Source: Tubulanus polymorphus (taxonomy: Eukaryota; Animalia; Nemertea). Taken from it: a DNA stretch of 64,000 bases. The position numbers and the translations under genes are program-made. A model generated the notes under the pieces. The model searched no databases. It was given only the letters and a program-made list of their open reading frames with translations, and was not told where the DNA came from. Location of the stretch: contig NC_134034.1 in assembly GCF_964204645.1 (NCBI RefSeq), positions 3,551,814-3,615,813 of the forward strand, given 5' to 3'. This document shows positions 39,381 to 52,686 of the stretch, in pieces; within the stretch, counting starts at the first letter, position 1; the number at the start of each line of letters is the position of its first letter.

Positions 39381-39820
39381 TATATTGTCAAGAGGAAAAT
39401 TCGCAAAATTGTTTCGCGTCGGCTGTAATCAAACCGGTGAAGAGGTTTGCACGCTAAGTCGATTCGAATCCCAAATTATCTCGAAAAAAAGTGTTCCGCA
39501 TTAAGTTTGCCCCCTGGTTTGAAATTAATACCTGTCTATAAAACCGGGGCAGATATTTGATCAGCACAGCAGGGCCGTAGCAGGGGCTAAGGCCCCCTGG
39601 AAATTTTGGATGTGGCCTTTTTGCAGATATATTATTGTTATACCTTATAGAACTGCCCTTTTTCGGGCTTTTCTGCCCCTCCTAAATTCAAATGCTAACT
39701 ACGGCCCTGCACACAGCAGTAAACCCAACAAACTTCAAATATTTAAAAAAGTTGATCAAAAATTGAAATATTACTCAACGGTTTAATATAATACGCGCGA
39801 TTTTATTTCTTAAGCATTTG

Positions 39821-42800
39821 TCATAATGCAGGTAAATAAATATTGAATATTTTGACCGAATGGTCGCAACTGCAACTCGCGAACTGCAACCAGTTAGCGT
39901 TATCTTCATCCCTCCGCTCATCAGAGACTCCGGCCCGACCAGGCTGATTGCGAAATGCCAGACGCTTCACTGTCGAATGATGTGCCGAACTGCGGAAAAA
40001 TCGTTAAGGAAAAATTTACACCCTTCAGATTAAATGTTACGAATAGAACGCAGAACCCAGTCAGGATCATAAAACTAGTGTAACCAATAGAAAATGGAAA
40101 TTTCGCTGAGAGGCGCTTGGGAATGTTCTGCCTTAGCGTTAAGAGTAAAATCTTTTAAATCAAATATAAAAACTTAACTTTTCGAACTAAATTATTTGTC
40201 TTAATCTATTATCAAATTGATCGATCATTTCACCTCGTATAATCAATAATAAACCCTGAATGGTTTATAGGCCTACACAATTAAAGCATTAACCCTGTCT
40301 CAAAGTATTAACCTGTTCTACACCGCACTGCAGTGTATAAATCAGCGATGGACTAGGTACACCACATCGCGGTATATTGATGATATTAGTTTATTTTTTA
40401 TCTCTATTGAAAGATAGAAGCACCTGTCAAACACTGTATAAGGCCCCAGACTATTATCGGTCTGAAAACCCTTGTAATGCTCTCACAGACCCAACACCTT
40501 TTTTTTACAAAAAAAGATACTTCATCGATAACTCGGCCACTATCGTCCATTGTTGTTGTGGTTGTTCAGCAGACGGGTTATACGTTACTATGGAGATCTG
40601 TCCGTTATCTAAGCCACACGCGAGTAAATAACTGAAACAAATAGATTACACGATATCAGACTTAGAATTGACTCGAGGACCCACTGACTTCTCTATGATT
40701 GAGACTTGACTCAGTAAAACCCTTTTTTTCGCTCTTGGCAGAAGGTGTGGTGAGTTTGTATGACACCAAAACAGATGCGGTGAGTTAGTAAGGGACACCA
40801 AACAGGTGTGGTGAGTTAGTAAGGGACATCAAAACAGCTGTGGTGAGTTAGTAAGGGACATCAAAACAGGTGTGGCGAGTTAGTAAGGGACATCAAAACA
40901 GGTGTGGCGAGTTAGTAAGGGACATCAAAACAGGTGTGATGAGTTAGTAAGGGACACCAAAACATGTGTGGTGAGTTAGTAAAGGACACCAAACAGATGC
41001 AGTGAGTAAGTAAGGGACACCAAACAGGTGTGGTGAGTTAGTAAGGGACATCAAAACAGGTGTGGTGAGTTAGTAAGGGACATCAAAACATGTGTGGTGA
41101 GTAAGTAAGGGACATCAAAACATGTGCGGTGAGTTAGTAAAGGACAACAAAACAGGTGTGGTGAGTTAGTAAGGGACAACAAAACAGGTGTGGTGAGTTA
41201 GTAAGGGACATCAAAACAGGTGTGGCGAGTTAGTAAGGGACATCAAAACAGGTGCGGTGAGGTAGTATGGGACATCAAAACATGTGTGGTGAGTTAGTAC
41301 GGGACATCAAAACATGTGCGGTGAGTTATGAGGGATACCAAAATTCATCAAATCAAATTTATCATTTCATTTTACGCTCAGCTGATTTAGGAGTTCAATT
41401 TGTATAACGAAACTGAGTCACCAATCTGAACCAATAGTTTACGTGTTTGGAGTTGATTTTATATACATTTACCTATTTTTCACCATAACCGGAGCACAGT
41501 GAACTGCTGTCACCGAATCTTTCAGCTCGAGTGCTGGAGTTTGAGGGGTCACAAAACCGAGGCAGCTATCACCTGCACCACCCTTAACTCGCCAACTTAT
41601 AACCTGCAAATACCGTAGATAATAATCAAACGTCATAACGACCACGATAGAGTCGAAAAAAGCTTCTCCCAGCAAGTGAGGATCCACCAGGTGTCGCTAG
41701 AGTGCAGAAGAACATTATATACTGTAATAAAGGATTGTGGCAAGTGAGGATCCACCAGGAAATCAAGGGAAATATCCCATACAGGGGACAGTTCATTAAG
41801 TTTGACGCAAAAAATAGTACCTTTTTTCAAGGTCTTATCTTGTGTACACACAATGTACTATATTAGCAATGACCTCCTGCCTAACGAACGCAATGATTGA
41901 TTGTGTAGTATGAAACATAAACAAACACCTGTTGTCTACCGGTCTGTTCTATTCTTTGAGACTTAAATTATCCCGCCATATAGCTTGCCCCTCCTGGATG
42001 GATTTACTAGGATGCACCTTTTAAAAGGGGTATTGAATTCACTATATTGTTCCAGACTCATGGCTGAACAACTACCTAGATGAGAAGCCAGGCTACTACA
42101 AGATTATACAGTAGAAATTAGTGCACTTCGATTTATTAACTACGTGTGTACACAGAATGTACGTTCTTGCCGTTGAGATCCTACCTAGGGCTTGCGTACG
42201 TACTTAATGAACGTTCCCAAAACAGGTCTCATCCACTAATAAATGGACTATAGAAATTATTCTGATTTTATGAGTATTTTGATATTTTGGGAGCAGTTCT
42301 TTTGCAGTTCTTAAAGAGTGGTAACTAAATACTAGTTGCAGTCAGTTCTGTATATCTGACTAATGAAAGACCGACTGTTAGCCAGGCCAGCTTTGCGCGG
42401 CATAACTAGTGTTGCCCTAAGTACAAGGGAATAGCACGGAAAGGGTTAATTCAATTTCACCTTTTTATCACGCGATGCTGTGAAGAAATATTCGTCGTCC
42501 GGCGACCAGCAACACGACCAGATTATTCGCGAGTGAACGGACGTTTTCTTATCGGTAAATGCGCAGCGAATGAAACTTCCATCTGAAAATAAGATCTGAA
42601 TAAAAACGTCTAGCCAGGTTACTTCGTTCAACACAATCCCCTTCACGTCACGCATTTTCTATAAATCAATGATGACGAATTCTAAAATACGAAAGAGAAT
42701 TTGAGGCGTAGTTGTGTTCGGAACGAACCAATTAGGCTTTTGTTAACCCTTTCAGTGCGTTTACACCGCATTGCGGTGTACGAATCAGTGATGGATTTTG

Positions 42801-45800
42801 CTAGTACACCGCACTGCGGTGTATTGATTTAATTAGTAATTACTAATTATCTCTCTTGAAAGATGGCAGCACCTGTCAAACATAGTGAAATACTAGTAAC
42901 TAACGATACACTGCACCGCGGTGTAGACGCACTATAGTGCTATTCCCGTTATTCAACACACTAGGGTGGAATTTTTCAGAATTTTCAAATTATCTTCAGC
43001 ACTATAGGTATCAATTAGCCAGCACTGAAAGGGTTAACTCAGTTTAGAGGCAATAGAATTGTTTCATGTGACGCAAATGAATGCGACAATTTAGATTTTC
43101 AGTTCAGTAAGATGACGGAATACGACTTCTACCGTTGAGCGCATTTTGGTTGAGTCGGTTCACTCCAGCAGCCCAATCCTTGTTCTTGAATGCTTTGGTT
43201 TGTTTTTCTCTCACACAGGTTTATGACAAAACATATACATGTACAGTATATGAGTAGTACTATAAAGGTTAACTACTATATTTGACGCACGAGCTTTCGC
43301 TACTAATGTATAGAAGCTTCATCTGCTGTAGTTTCATCAGGTGAATGACCTGATGAAACTACTATACATTAGTAGCGAAAGCTCGTGCGTCAAATGAAAT
43401 AGTTAATCTACTTAGTACTAATTGCCTGGTTGTATTCATTCTACACCCGGTTAACACCGACACCCCTCGATAAAACATTATATGTGCGGATATAAGTAAA
43501 TCAGTATACAGACAAGTCCAAACAAATGTAATTATTGCGTAAACCTAATTGATTTTTCTCTAAACAGATGCTCCTTTGGTCATAACATTTTTATTTCCTG
43601 TCCAGGAAAAACTGAATTCAACAACCTCTTGTCGGGAAAGTCTTCCTTTTTGGAAAATCAATATGATTACCTACCTTCGTCAGATCTAGTAAACAAACTC
43701 CACGTTCTATCGCGTGAAACGGACAGTAAATATTTGCCGTCGTACGAGAACGCCAGCTGAGTCACCGTTAAACTATGGCCCGGCAACTCACAGATTTTAC
43801 GATAGGTCAACAGATCCCATAAAATGACGACGGCGTGGTCCGGCTTCGCTGCCTGCAATATCAATGTTCACAAATCATAGTCCGGTTTCACAGTAGACTC
43901 CTGATTCAGTAAAGTAATGGTTAGTCTGTCATTGACTTAAGTAATTCAGCAGGGGCAGATCCAGGGAGTCCATCAAATTCTTTTGAGCGCCCTTTTTTAT
44001 TTTATCGAAAAAGATTATCGGTGCATTTCAATGTGGGAGTACGCTTAATATTGCCTTTTCAGACTTCAAAGCGCCCTTTTGGGATATGACAAATTCCTCG
44101 AAATTAGCCACATGATTTGCTTATGTTCAGCAAAATTATGATCGACTTTCTCATTTCCACAAGTGTAACGATTCAGTAAAATCGTGATTATGTTCAAACG
44201 ACCTTTTCATTCTCAATTACTTCAACTATTCACTAAAATTACGATTATTTTCTAATGATGAACTTCTCCAATTTACTTGAAAATTATTCTGTAAGGCTAT
44301 GATGAGTTGCTTATAACAACCTTTTTACAACCTAAATGGCGTCAACAACTCAGAAAAGTTATGGGGCCAGTTGCTCAATAGTTGGAGTTAGAATTACCCA
44401 GTGGATAGTTGACATACTGACAATTGAAAGTACATTGTTACTATGGTATCTATCGGCCGGTTATCTTTAACCAAAGCTAACCCTGTTACAAATGACAACC
44501 TTCTCATTCTCGATGACTATTCCTGGAAAATAATGGTGATTTTACTAACAATGACCTCCAGATTCTAAATAACCTTAACCCTTTCAGTTCGTCTACACCG
44601 CAGTGCGGTGTATGAATCAGTGATGGATTTTGCTAGTACACTGCATTGCGGTGTATTGGTGTGATTAGTAATTAGTTTTTATCTCTATTGAAAGATGGCA
44701 GCACCTGTAAAACATAGTGAAGTACTAGTAACTAACAGTGTAGACGCACTATAGTGATATTCCCGTTATTCAACACACTAGGGCGGAATTTTTCAAAATT
44801 TTCAAATTATCTCCAGCACTAGGATATTGATTAGTCAGCTCTGAAAGGGTCAAAACGATTGATATTTACCTTACAAGCGGATGCAAGGAGAGTTCCGTCG
44901 GCATTCGAAGCCAATGCGAAGATCTCGTTGCCGTGGCCGTATAATTTCTGTACCTCGGGCCACAGCGTATTCTGTACGAGGTCACTTTCCACAGGTGGTT
45001 CTACAAAAACAAATTAATTTTTCGAATATACAATTTTGACCAAAAGTAAACACATCAGTCTATATATCAAGCCAATCAGATGCGTTTTTACCAGCATAAC
45101 CATTGCTCTATAAATATCACACATCTGATTGGCATATCGCACATCTGATTGGCTAAATATATAGACTGGTGGGCTCTGAGCAGGAACCTGTCCGCCCAAG
45201 AAATCATGGGCCATATATTAGACCAATGAAGGGTTTGTGGCCAAGGTTTGTATTGTCCTGAGCGCCAGTGGGGGGACAATCGAACTCTGGCAAGCGAGGA
45301 TGCAGTTACCTTGAAATTGTTTTGGCAGAAAATACGCATCTTGGTCGTATTCGCTAAGACTAGTTTTCTCCGGTCGAGGCTGGGTCTGCTGGTCACTCTG
45401 GTAGACGGCTTTATTCGATAAGCCTAACGCTGGCACGCTGGCGCCCTCTGGCAGATCTAATTTTTCCTGAAATTCCAGAAAACGTTGTACTACTGGTACT
45501 TGTAAATCGCAAAAAAAATCGCCCTCCTCAGACTCTCACTCAGGAGTTATTCCCAACTCGGGGTAGAATTTTACCTTTCACAACCACAGTAAGAGACAGA
45601 GTCTACTGTATTTCTCAAACTCTTACTCAGGATTTGACACCAACTCGGGGTAGAATTTTACCGGTCTCAACTTAACCGCAGTAAAAGAGACAGAGTCTGC
45701 TGAATTTCACCAACTGAACTCGGTATTTGGCACCAACTCTAGGTAGAATTTTACCAGCCTCAACTTTACCACAGTAAGAGACAGAGTCTACCGTATCTCA

Positions 45801-48800
45801 AAAACTCTTAGTATTTGACACCGACTCCAGGTAGAATTTTATCAGTCTAAACTTTACTGCAGTAAGAGACAGAGTCTGCTGTATTTCTCAAACTCTTACG
45901 CAGTATTTGACACCAACTCGGGGTAGATTTTATGCAGTCTCAACTTTACAGCAAAAGGGACTGTATTTCTCACAATATTTTTGCTCAGTATCTGACACCA
46001 ACTCCGGGTAGAATTTTACCAGTCTCAACTTTACCGCAGTAAGAGACAGAGTCTATAGCATTTCACAAACTCTTTCTCAGTATTTGTCTGACACCAACTC
46101 GGCGTAGAATTTTACCAGTCCAAACCTTACCACAAAAAGATACAGATTCTACTGTATTTCACAAACTCTTACCCGGCGTTTGAATCCATTCCGGGTAGAA
46201 TTTCACCCGTCCATAAATTCAATCACAATCAATTTCTTACTTACTCTTTTCTCTAAATCTCCCGATACGTCGATCTCGCAAATTCTCGCGTAATTTTCCA
46301 AGAAGTTTTTCGGCGCGTCAAAAATCCGTATGACCTTTTCGTCGGCACCCGACGCGAAACGATACTTGTTGATCATCGTCAAACACTTCAAGTCGTATCC
46401 GTGAACCTGCGGCCGCGCGATTTCATGCCATACCACCTGCAAATATAGTAAGGTAGTGAGCGTACATGGTCGAAAAGTGGGGGGAGGGTCAAAAAGGAGG
46501 GGGAGAGGTTAGTTACTGAACTGTGACAGATTGAAAAGGGAGAGGAAGTAGTAAAGGGAAGGAGAGCGGGATAACGAAAAGGAGGTCATGACTAAAAGGA
46601 GAGGCAGTCAGAAGCCAGACTGAACCGTAGTTTGGACTATTTACATAAAGCAATGGAGAGGGGATGTCGAAATAAGGGAAAGACTATGAGCCAGATGCTC
46701 CTAAGTTGGTTAGAGTTAACCGATGGATAGTTGACATAGCGACAATCAAAAGTTCATTGTTACTACAGTATTTATCGGCCGGATATCTTTAACCAACTTT
46801 TGCTCGACTGGACCCGGAAATGACGAAAAAGAGAGGGGTGGCAGAAGGCAGATAGTGACACGAGGGGCAGTCAGTAACCTGACTGCACTTCGAAACTAAT
46901 GTTTCAGGGAGGTTGAAGGTGCTAAGCCGCAATAGCATAATCTCAGAAAACTAAAGCCCAACGCACACAACGCAGGGCAACAGAGAAACATTGTTTCTGG
47001 AAACAATGCTTCCAAGATCAAACATGTTTGATTTGACGAAATGGGTTTCGGTCTCTTGTTTCCGTGTTTCTTGTTTGCAATTGCATTCGGCTTGATAAAC
47101 TTTAATACAATATCATAAAAGAACGAACCTGTTTATCGGGTTTAATCCAAGGTGCGTGAAGCCTGGTCGTCTGATCCGTACTGACTGTTAATAAATACTG
47201 TCCGTCGATCGGGTCCCAGGACATGTCCTCGACTGAATTAAAATGGCCGCTTAAAACGACCCCCGTTCTCCACTGACTGTCATTCTAAAAAACGAAAAAA
47301 CAAAGATGAGCATCATTAAACCGATAAAATCCCGGATATCAATTCAACCTCAGCCCGCTACTGGATCGTGTTTAGGTTCCAATTCTTCGCATTACCTGAG
47401 ATAATTTCCACAAGTGGAATCCGCCTTGATATCCATGAGACAGAATACTGTAACCATCCGGGCCGAACTGACAGCCGTATAGACCTAACGTGTTTCCTCC
47501 CACTTCACCAACCCGTACCTGAATAGAGAAACATGATGAGAACAAACATTATGGTGAGTGAGGGCCCACCAGGTGTCGCTAGTGCTCTGTACTAGGACAT
47601 CAACTACCGCAGCAATTGTGGATTCCACTTGTGGTAAGAGAGGGCCCACCAGGTGTCGCTAGTGCGCTGTACTAGGACATCAACTACCGCAGCAATTGTG
47701 GATTCCACTTGTGGTAAGTGAGGGCCCACCAGGTGTCGCTAGTGTGCAGCAGTAGGACATCAACTACTGCAGTAATTGTGGATTCCACTTGTGGTAAGTG
47801 AGGGTCCACCAGGTGTTGCTAATGTGCAGCAGTAGGACATCAACTACTGCAGTAATTGTGGATTCCACTTGTGGCAAGTGAGGGTCCACCAGGTTTCGCT
47901 AGTGTGCAGTAGGACATCAACTACAGTGACAATAGAGGATTTCACTTGTGGCAAGTGAGGATCCACCAGGTGCGCTAGTTTTCACTTTTTCTTCTACCTT
48001 TCTATTAGAATCGAATCAACTTTGGTCCTTGAAGTATATCATCAAAATGTACTAAATGCCGAGAGTAGAAAAGTGAACACTCATATCTTTTCACTGAATT
48101 GAAACTGATTTGTATGTTACATGAATCCAACTGTTAGTCCCAACATCCAGTTGCATGGTCCCTGTTATCATATGAAATGGAACAAACCTGTTCTAACCAA
48201 ACGCCGGTTTCCGGGTCCGGATTCCAAACGATCATCGTTTTATCCATACTCGCCGACAACAGACGCAACGGTCGACGCTGAGATTTCCCCTCGTGCGGAT
48301 CGCTTGGTTCACGCTGAGATTTTCCCTTTAATTTTCTCTGCCAATGAACGGCGTATACCCAGTTGTCGTGACCGGACAAAACAGTCTCCAAAACAACGGC
48401 GTAGCAACATTTCTCACCTAGAACAAGTAAATGATAATGTTTAAGGTTTTTTATTTCAAAGAAAAATTTTTTCTAAATTTCACATCGTCCTTTGACCAGT
48501 TTCTTTTTACCACCTTGGGAATTGAAGTTAAGCTCAGAAATAAAATGAATGCTTAATAATCATCAGTGGTGTCTAGTTCATGAAGGCATTCTAACTTATC
48601 GAAGAAACTAGGGCTACGAGGACGGACACCGTGCCCACTCGGGAAGTAGTTCGAAATGCTCAACAATATGATGATTTCGATAATATGTAACATCCTCTGG
48701 TGAACATTATGTACAGAAACCAAAGACCTTGATTTTCCCCACAGCTTCTCATCAGCTAAACATTTGCTATTGATTGCGGTTACACAATATGCCCGTGCAT

Positions 48801-51800
48801 GCGCAATGAAGTATTGGGATTCAAAAAACCTACACTAAATTGTCTGTCGTCCTAGAAATTAACAAGTAACCCAACCAAAATATTTTGTTCGATTTTCCCC
48901 AACCCAAACTATTGTGACGCCGATCCATAGATTTTGGATGCTCCACACTTGTTTTGGATGCCTCAGGTTCGTACATTACCTATAGACACCCCGCTTATAA
49001 GAATAAATCTTTTTTTTTATTTGTTTCAAAGAGAAACTCACTTACCGTTATAACTGAATGTGAATATATTTTCCTTCAATTTGATTTCGTCCGACAATGA
49101 AAGCTGTTTGATATCGCGCTGTTGCTCGGCAACAATGTCTGGATCGCGTTTCGAGAATTTCCATATTCGAATGAAGCAATCTTGCGCCGAACTGGCCAAC
49201 AGAATTTCACCAGCCTCTACGAAAAATAAACTTGCAAGTTACCATCAAAAATGTGTTTCACAAAAACACTTTCAAATGTTCAGTTCAATGCAGGTTTTTT
49301 GCGATGATTGGTAGTTTTTGCAATTCTGAATTACTGATTCTAAATTTTCTTCTAAAGTTTATATGAAGTTATATGAGTTTATCAGAAGTTTATATGACTT
49401 AGGTATCAATGCCTGGAACCTGCGCCCTTTCAGACATTAATTATTTTACATTATAGCGAGTGATGCGGCACGATTTATGTGGTACAACTCATCATATTAC
49501 CACCTTATTTCATATGAAAGCCTTGATTTTTTACTACAAAATATCACAAACAATACATGAAAATCAACTGGGAATGAGCCGATTCTGTATCGCGATAAAT
49601 TTGGATTTTTCCCATAAATTTTCTGAAGAGTAAAAGACACTACGTAGTCAAATTCCCGAGTGCTAATGGGTTAAACGAAATGTCCCAGACTCTTTCTAGT
49701 TCCATTTGAGTGGGATTCTCAATTAATGATGATAAGAGTATCGAAGGTCCGATGAGAGGGTGCAGGTTCTACGCTTTGAGTGAGGCGATATTCCGAGGCA
49801 TATGGAGCGTAAGATTGTGATTTACCGTTGACTGTAAACTCTAAACCCCTGATCCAATCTTCGTGGCCAGTTAACGTGTGCACCTTAACGAACTAAACAA
49901 AAATATAAAGTCCGCGCATTAAGAAAACCCGACGATGAAAATTCATTTTTGTGAGGAATTTCTTCGAAGATTCTTATACCCGTTTATTTTGTTCAATGAA
50001 TAGATGAATTTTCGAATCATCGGCTCCGCAAGCGAGCAGCGGTACGTTAGTCGCCGGGATGGTTATAAACGCCAGCGCCAAAGCGAAACCGGTACCAAAG
50101 GAAAGACTCTGCAAACTGTCGAATTCATCTGAAATACACAAAAAAACAAAATGCAGGGTCCCTACATATCAGTCATTCCAGAAATCAAGGGACTTTGCGA
50201 GGACTTTTCGAGGAGAAAATTTCCAATTTTGAGGAGTGTCTGCATCGCTGTCATATTTCTATTACAGTAGACTGTGCCTAAATCAGTACTGTTTATCTCG
50301 GTAAACCATTCAATTCAGTGGAATCTGTGGCATATGACTACTAACTTGCCCTAAAACCTTAGAAGTTTTCCAATTTCTCAAGATTCAAGGGGTTTTCAAG
50401 GACTTTTGGGCATTTTGCTCAAATTCAAGGATATTCAAGGACCTTGAAAAACAAATTCTGTTTTGGATTTTTCAAGGAATCAAGGAGTCGTAGTTACCCT
50501 GAAACGGCTGCTTACATAATTCACCCTATGACATCATCAAAATGCCCCAACAGCTCAGCACAAATAACCGAATTCAGTCTTAACGCATTTCACAATTCAC
50601 AATGTGGGTGGGCATCTTCAAACTAGGAGCAAATAGTGACAGCGATTCTGTTAACTTGCTTTGGACTACAGATCCCGACTAACTGACACATGGACTAATA
50701 GTGAAGCGATTAACAAAAGCACGATTAATTTTGTCAAAAAAAAAAGGAAAACGGGTCTAGAAATTCCTGCGAGTTATCGCATTCTAAACAGTGGGGATAA
50801 AACTTGGCTTGGACGAATTGTAAGAGTTGTTACCTCGTCCCAAACAATTAAGGGGTTTAAATACAAAGCATATTCTAGGCAAAGGAGTACTTTTACTTCA
50901 ATTTAAAATCGAATATAAAATTTCTCAAGAAAACCACTCACAGAAATCTGGAAATTTACAAAGTCTTTAGGGGGTGGGGGTGTTACCGTTGATCCCTGGA
51001 TCCCCATTGCGGATTGTTCTCAAATTGCCTATTATATGTGGATAGCATAACAATAACAATCTAAAAGAAATGGTCCAATCTCACGATGGTTTAACCCTTC
51101 CAGTGCGTCTACACTGCAGTGTGGTGTACGAATCAGTGATGGATTTTGCTAGTACACCGAACTGCGGTGTATTGATTTAATTAGTAATAACTAATTATCT
51201 CTCTTGAAAGATGGCAGCACCTGTCAAACATAGTGAAATATTAGTAACTAACGATATACCCTGCCAGGGTGTAAACTCACTAATGCTATTCCCGTTATTC
51301 AACACACTATGGTGAAATTTTTCAGAATTTTCAAATTATCTTCAGCACTATAGGGTATTAATTAGTCAGCACTGAAAGGGTTAAAAATGCTCACCTTTTC
51401 CTTCATCACGCACGGAGATGTGTACAGTAGAGTCGACTGAAGCTGAAGCGATTATAGTCCGAGGTTTCGCTGGTAATAATTCCTCATCGGCGCGATATGC
51501 GTAGACAGCGGCTATACAATCAACAGCCTGTTTGTGACCGCTTAGAGTCGCTACGCATTCAAACTGAAAATAAATCATAAACCTTACGATTAACAATTGA
51601 ACTCGTGGCAAGCGAGGATCCATCAGGTGTCGCCATGGAGCAGTAGGACATCAACTAAAGGATTGCACTAGTGACACGTGAGGATCCACCAGGTGTCACT
51701 AATGTGTAGTAGGACATTAACTCAAATTATTATGACAGCTGCCTTAGTTGATGTCCTACCAGTCCCACTACTGCGCACTAGCGATAGAGGATTCCACTCG

Positions 51801-52660
51801 TGGCAAGTGATGATCCACCAGGTGTCACTAGTGTGTATTTGTACATCAACTCCTTCCGCAATAGAGGATTACAATTGCGGTGAGGATCCAGCAGGTGTCG
51901 CTAGTGAGCAGTAGGACATCAACCACAGGATTTCACTAGTGACACGTCGAGATCCACCAGGCTTTGCTAGTGTGTAGCTGTACATGAACTACTCCCGCAA
52001 TAGAGGATTACAATTGCGGCGAAAAATCCACAGGTGTCGCTAGCGTGAGTAGGACATCAACTAGCGCCTCAATAGAGGATTTCATTTGTGGCAACTGAGG
52101 ATCAATAGGTGTCTCTAGTGGTAGTTTTTGAGCTTTAAATTGCTTCTACATTTCAATTAAAATCCGATCAACTTTTCTGTGAATTAAATCAATTATCAAT
52201 GAAAACTTTACCGGTAAAAAACACCGGGAGAATAAAATCAACTTTGAATATCCGACCTGATTGTTTGAATTTCTCTTCCAAACGTTCACCGTTTTATCAG
52301 CGGATCCTGATACGAATTCGTCCTCGTGTAGCTGGTCCGGGCGCGGTATCCACTGGATACAGTTCACTCGATCCCGGTGACCTGTGACGACTTCAACAAC
52401 TTTATTAGCCTGAAACACATTTTGACGTAGAATATGAATCGGGGACATCAGAAGAGTAAGGACTGCAGATCTTTGGTTAGATCCAGGAAACTCTGCATCT
52501 TTTCACGACGAATACTCACGCTGGTGTCATAAATATGGCAGGCGTTCGCTGAACCGTAGCAAATAAGCTCGTTGAGACCCCAGCTGGCGCTGTTTGGGGT
52601 CCGATTGCAGCCTGAAGAAACGTAAATCGTGTCCACTAATTTCTTCATGGGCGCCGCCAT
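39821..52660 (-). CDS. ELP2: Elongator complex protein 2 (WD40 repeat), 849 aa
   Basis: 17 exons with consistent phases (2550 nt): 52660-52520, 52409-52257, 51563-51395, 50128-49980, 49892-49826, 49216-49046, 48417-48188, 47518-47396, 47284-47129, 46436-46245, 45466-45310, 45000-44870, 43852-43675, 42582-42461, 41603-41473, 40631-40521, 39989-39821. Hallmarks: [73 protein letters not shown]. Confidence 0.97.
39990..40520 (-). other. U12-type (minor spliceosome) GT-AG intron, last intron of ELP2
   Basis: 5' splice site GTATCTTT; branch sequence TTCCTTAAC (40011-40003) about 14 nt from the 3' CAG; phase 2. Confidence 0.8.
40742..41340. repeat. 31-32-bp minisatellite (GGTGTGGTGAGTTAGTAAGGGACATCAAAACA), ~18 copies, in ELP2 intron
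   Basis: Directly visible head-to-tail repeats without spacers. Confidence 0.95.
42747..43033. mobile_element. piggyBac-like MITE (other copies 44579-44849, 51095-51380, partial ~40310-40436, inverted ~62795-63333)
   Basis: TTAA|CCCTTTCAGTGC ... GCACTGAAAGGG|TTAA; near-identical internal sequence between copies. Confidence 0.88.
43255..43420. ncRNA. Inverted pair of Penelope-type hammerhead ribozyme motifs (slightly degenerate) in ELP2 intron
   Basis: + strand CTGATGA-A-aCTACTA-TACAT-TAGTAGC-GAAA-GC-TC-GTGCGTCA (43350-43392); mirror copy on - strand at 43283-43325 with CaGATGA core; central GTAGTTTCATCAGGT/ACCTGATGAAACTAC palindrome. Confidence 0.65.
45530..46205. repeat. ~88-bp tandem repeat, ~7-8 copies, filling most of an ELP2 intron
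   Basis: Recurring GACACCAACTCGGGGTAGAATTTTACC...CAGTAAGAGACAGAGTCT. Confidence 0.9.
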
Positions 52661-52686
52661 TTTGTCTCAATCGGGGGTCACATGAC
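52653..52686 (-). promoter_or_regulatory. ELP2 start region: YY1/TISU-like CAAAATGGCGGC around the ATG and palindromic E-box GTCACATGAC
   Basis: Motifs at 52653-52664 and 52677-52686. Confidence 0.45.

Noticed and set aside
40742-41340. CRISPR-like ~32-bp repeats (also considered for the 39-, 58- and 77-bp arrays)
   Set aside because: Units are head-to-tail with no unique spacers, lie in spliceosomal introns or intergenic animal DNA, and there are no cas genes
48530-48570. Box C/D snoRNA candidate on the ELP2 sense strand (TGATGA...CTGA)
   Set aside because: Only about 22 nt between the boxes and no terminal stem
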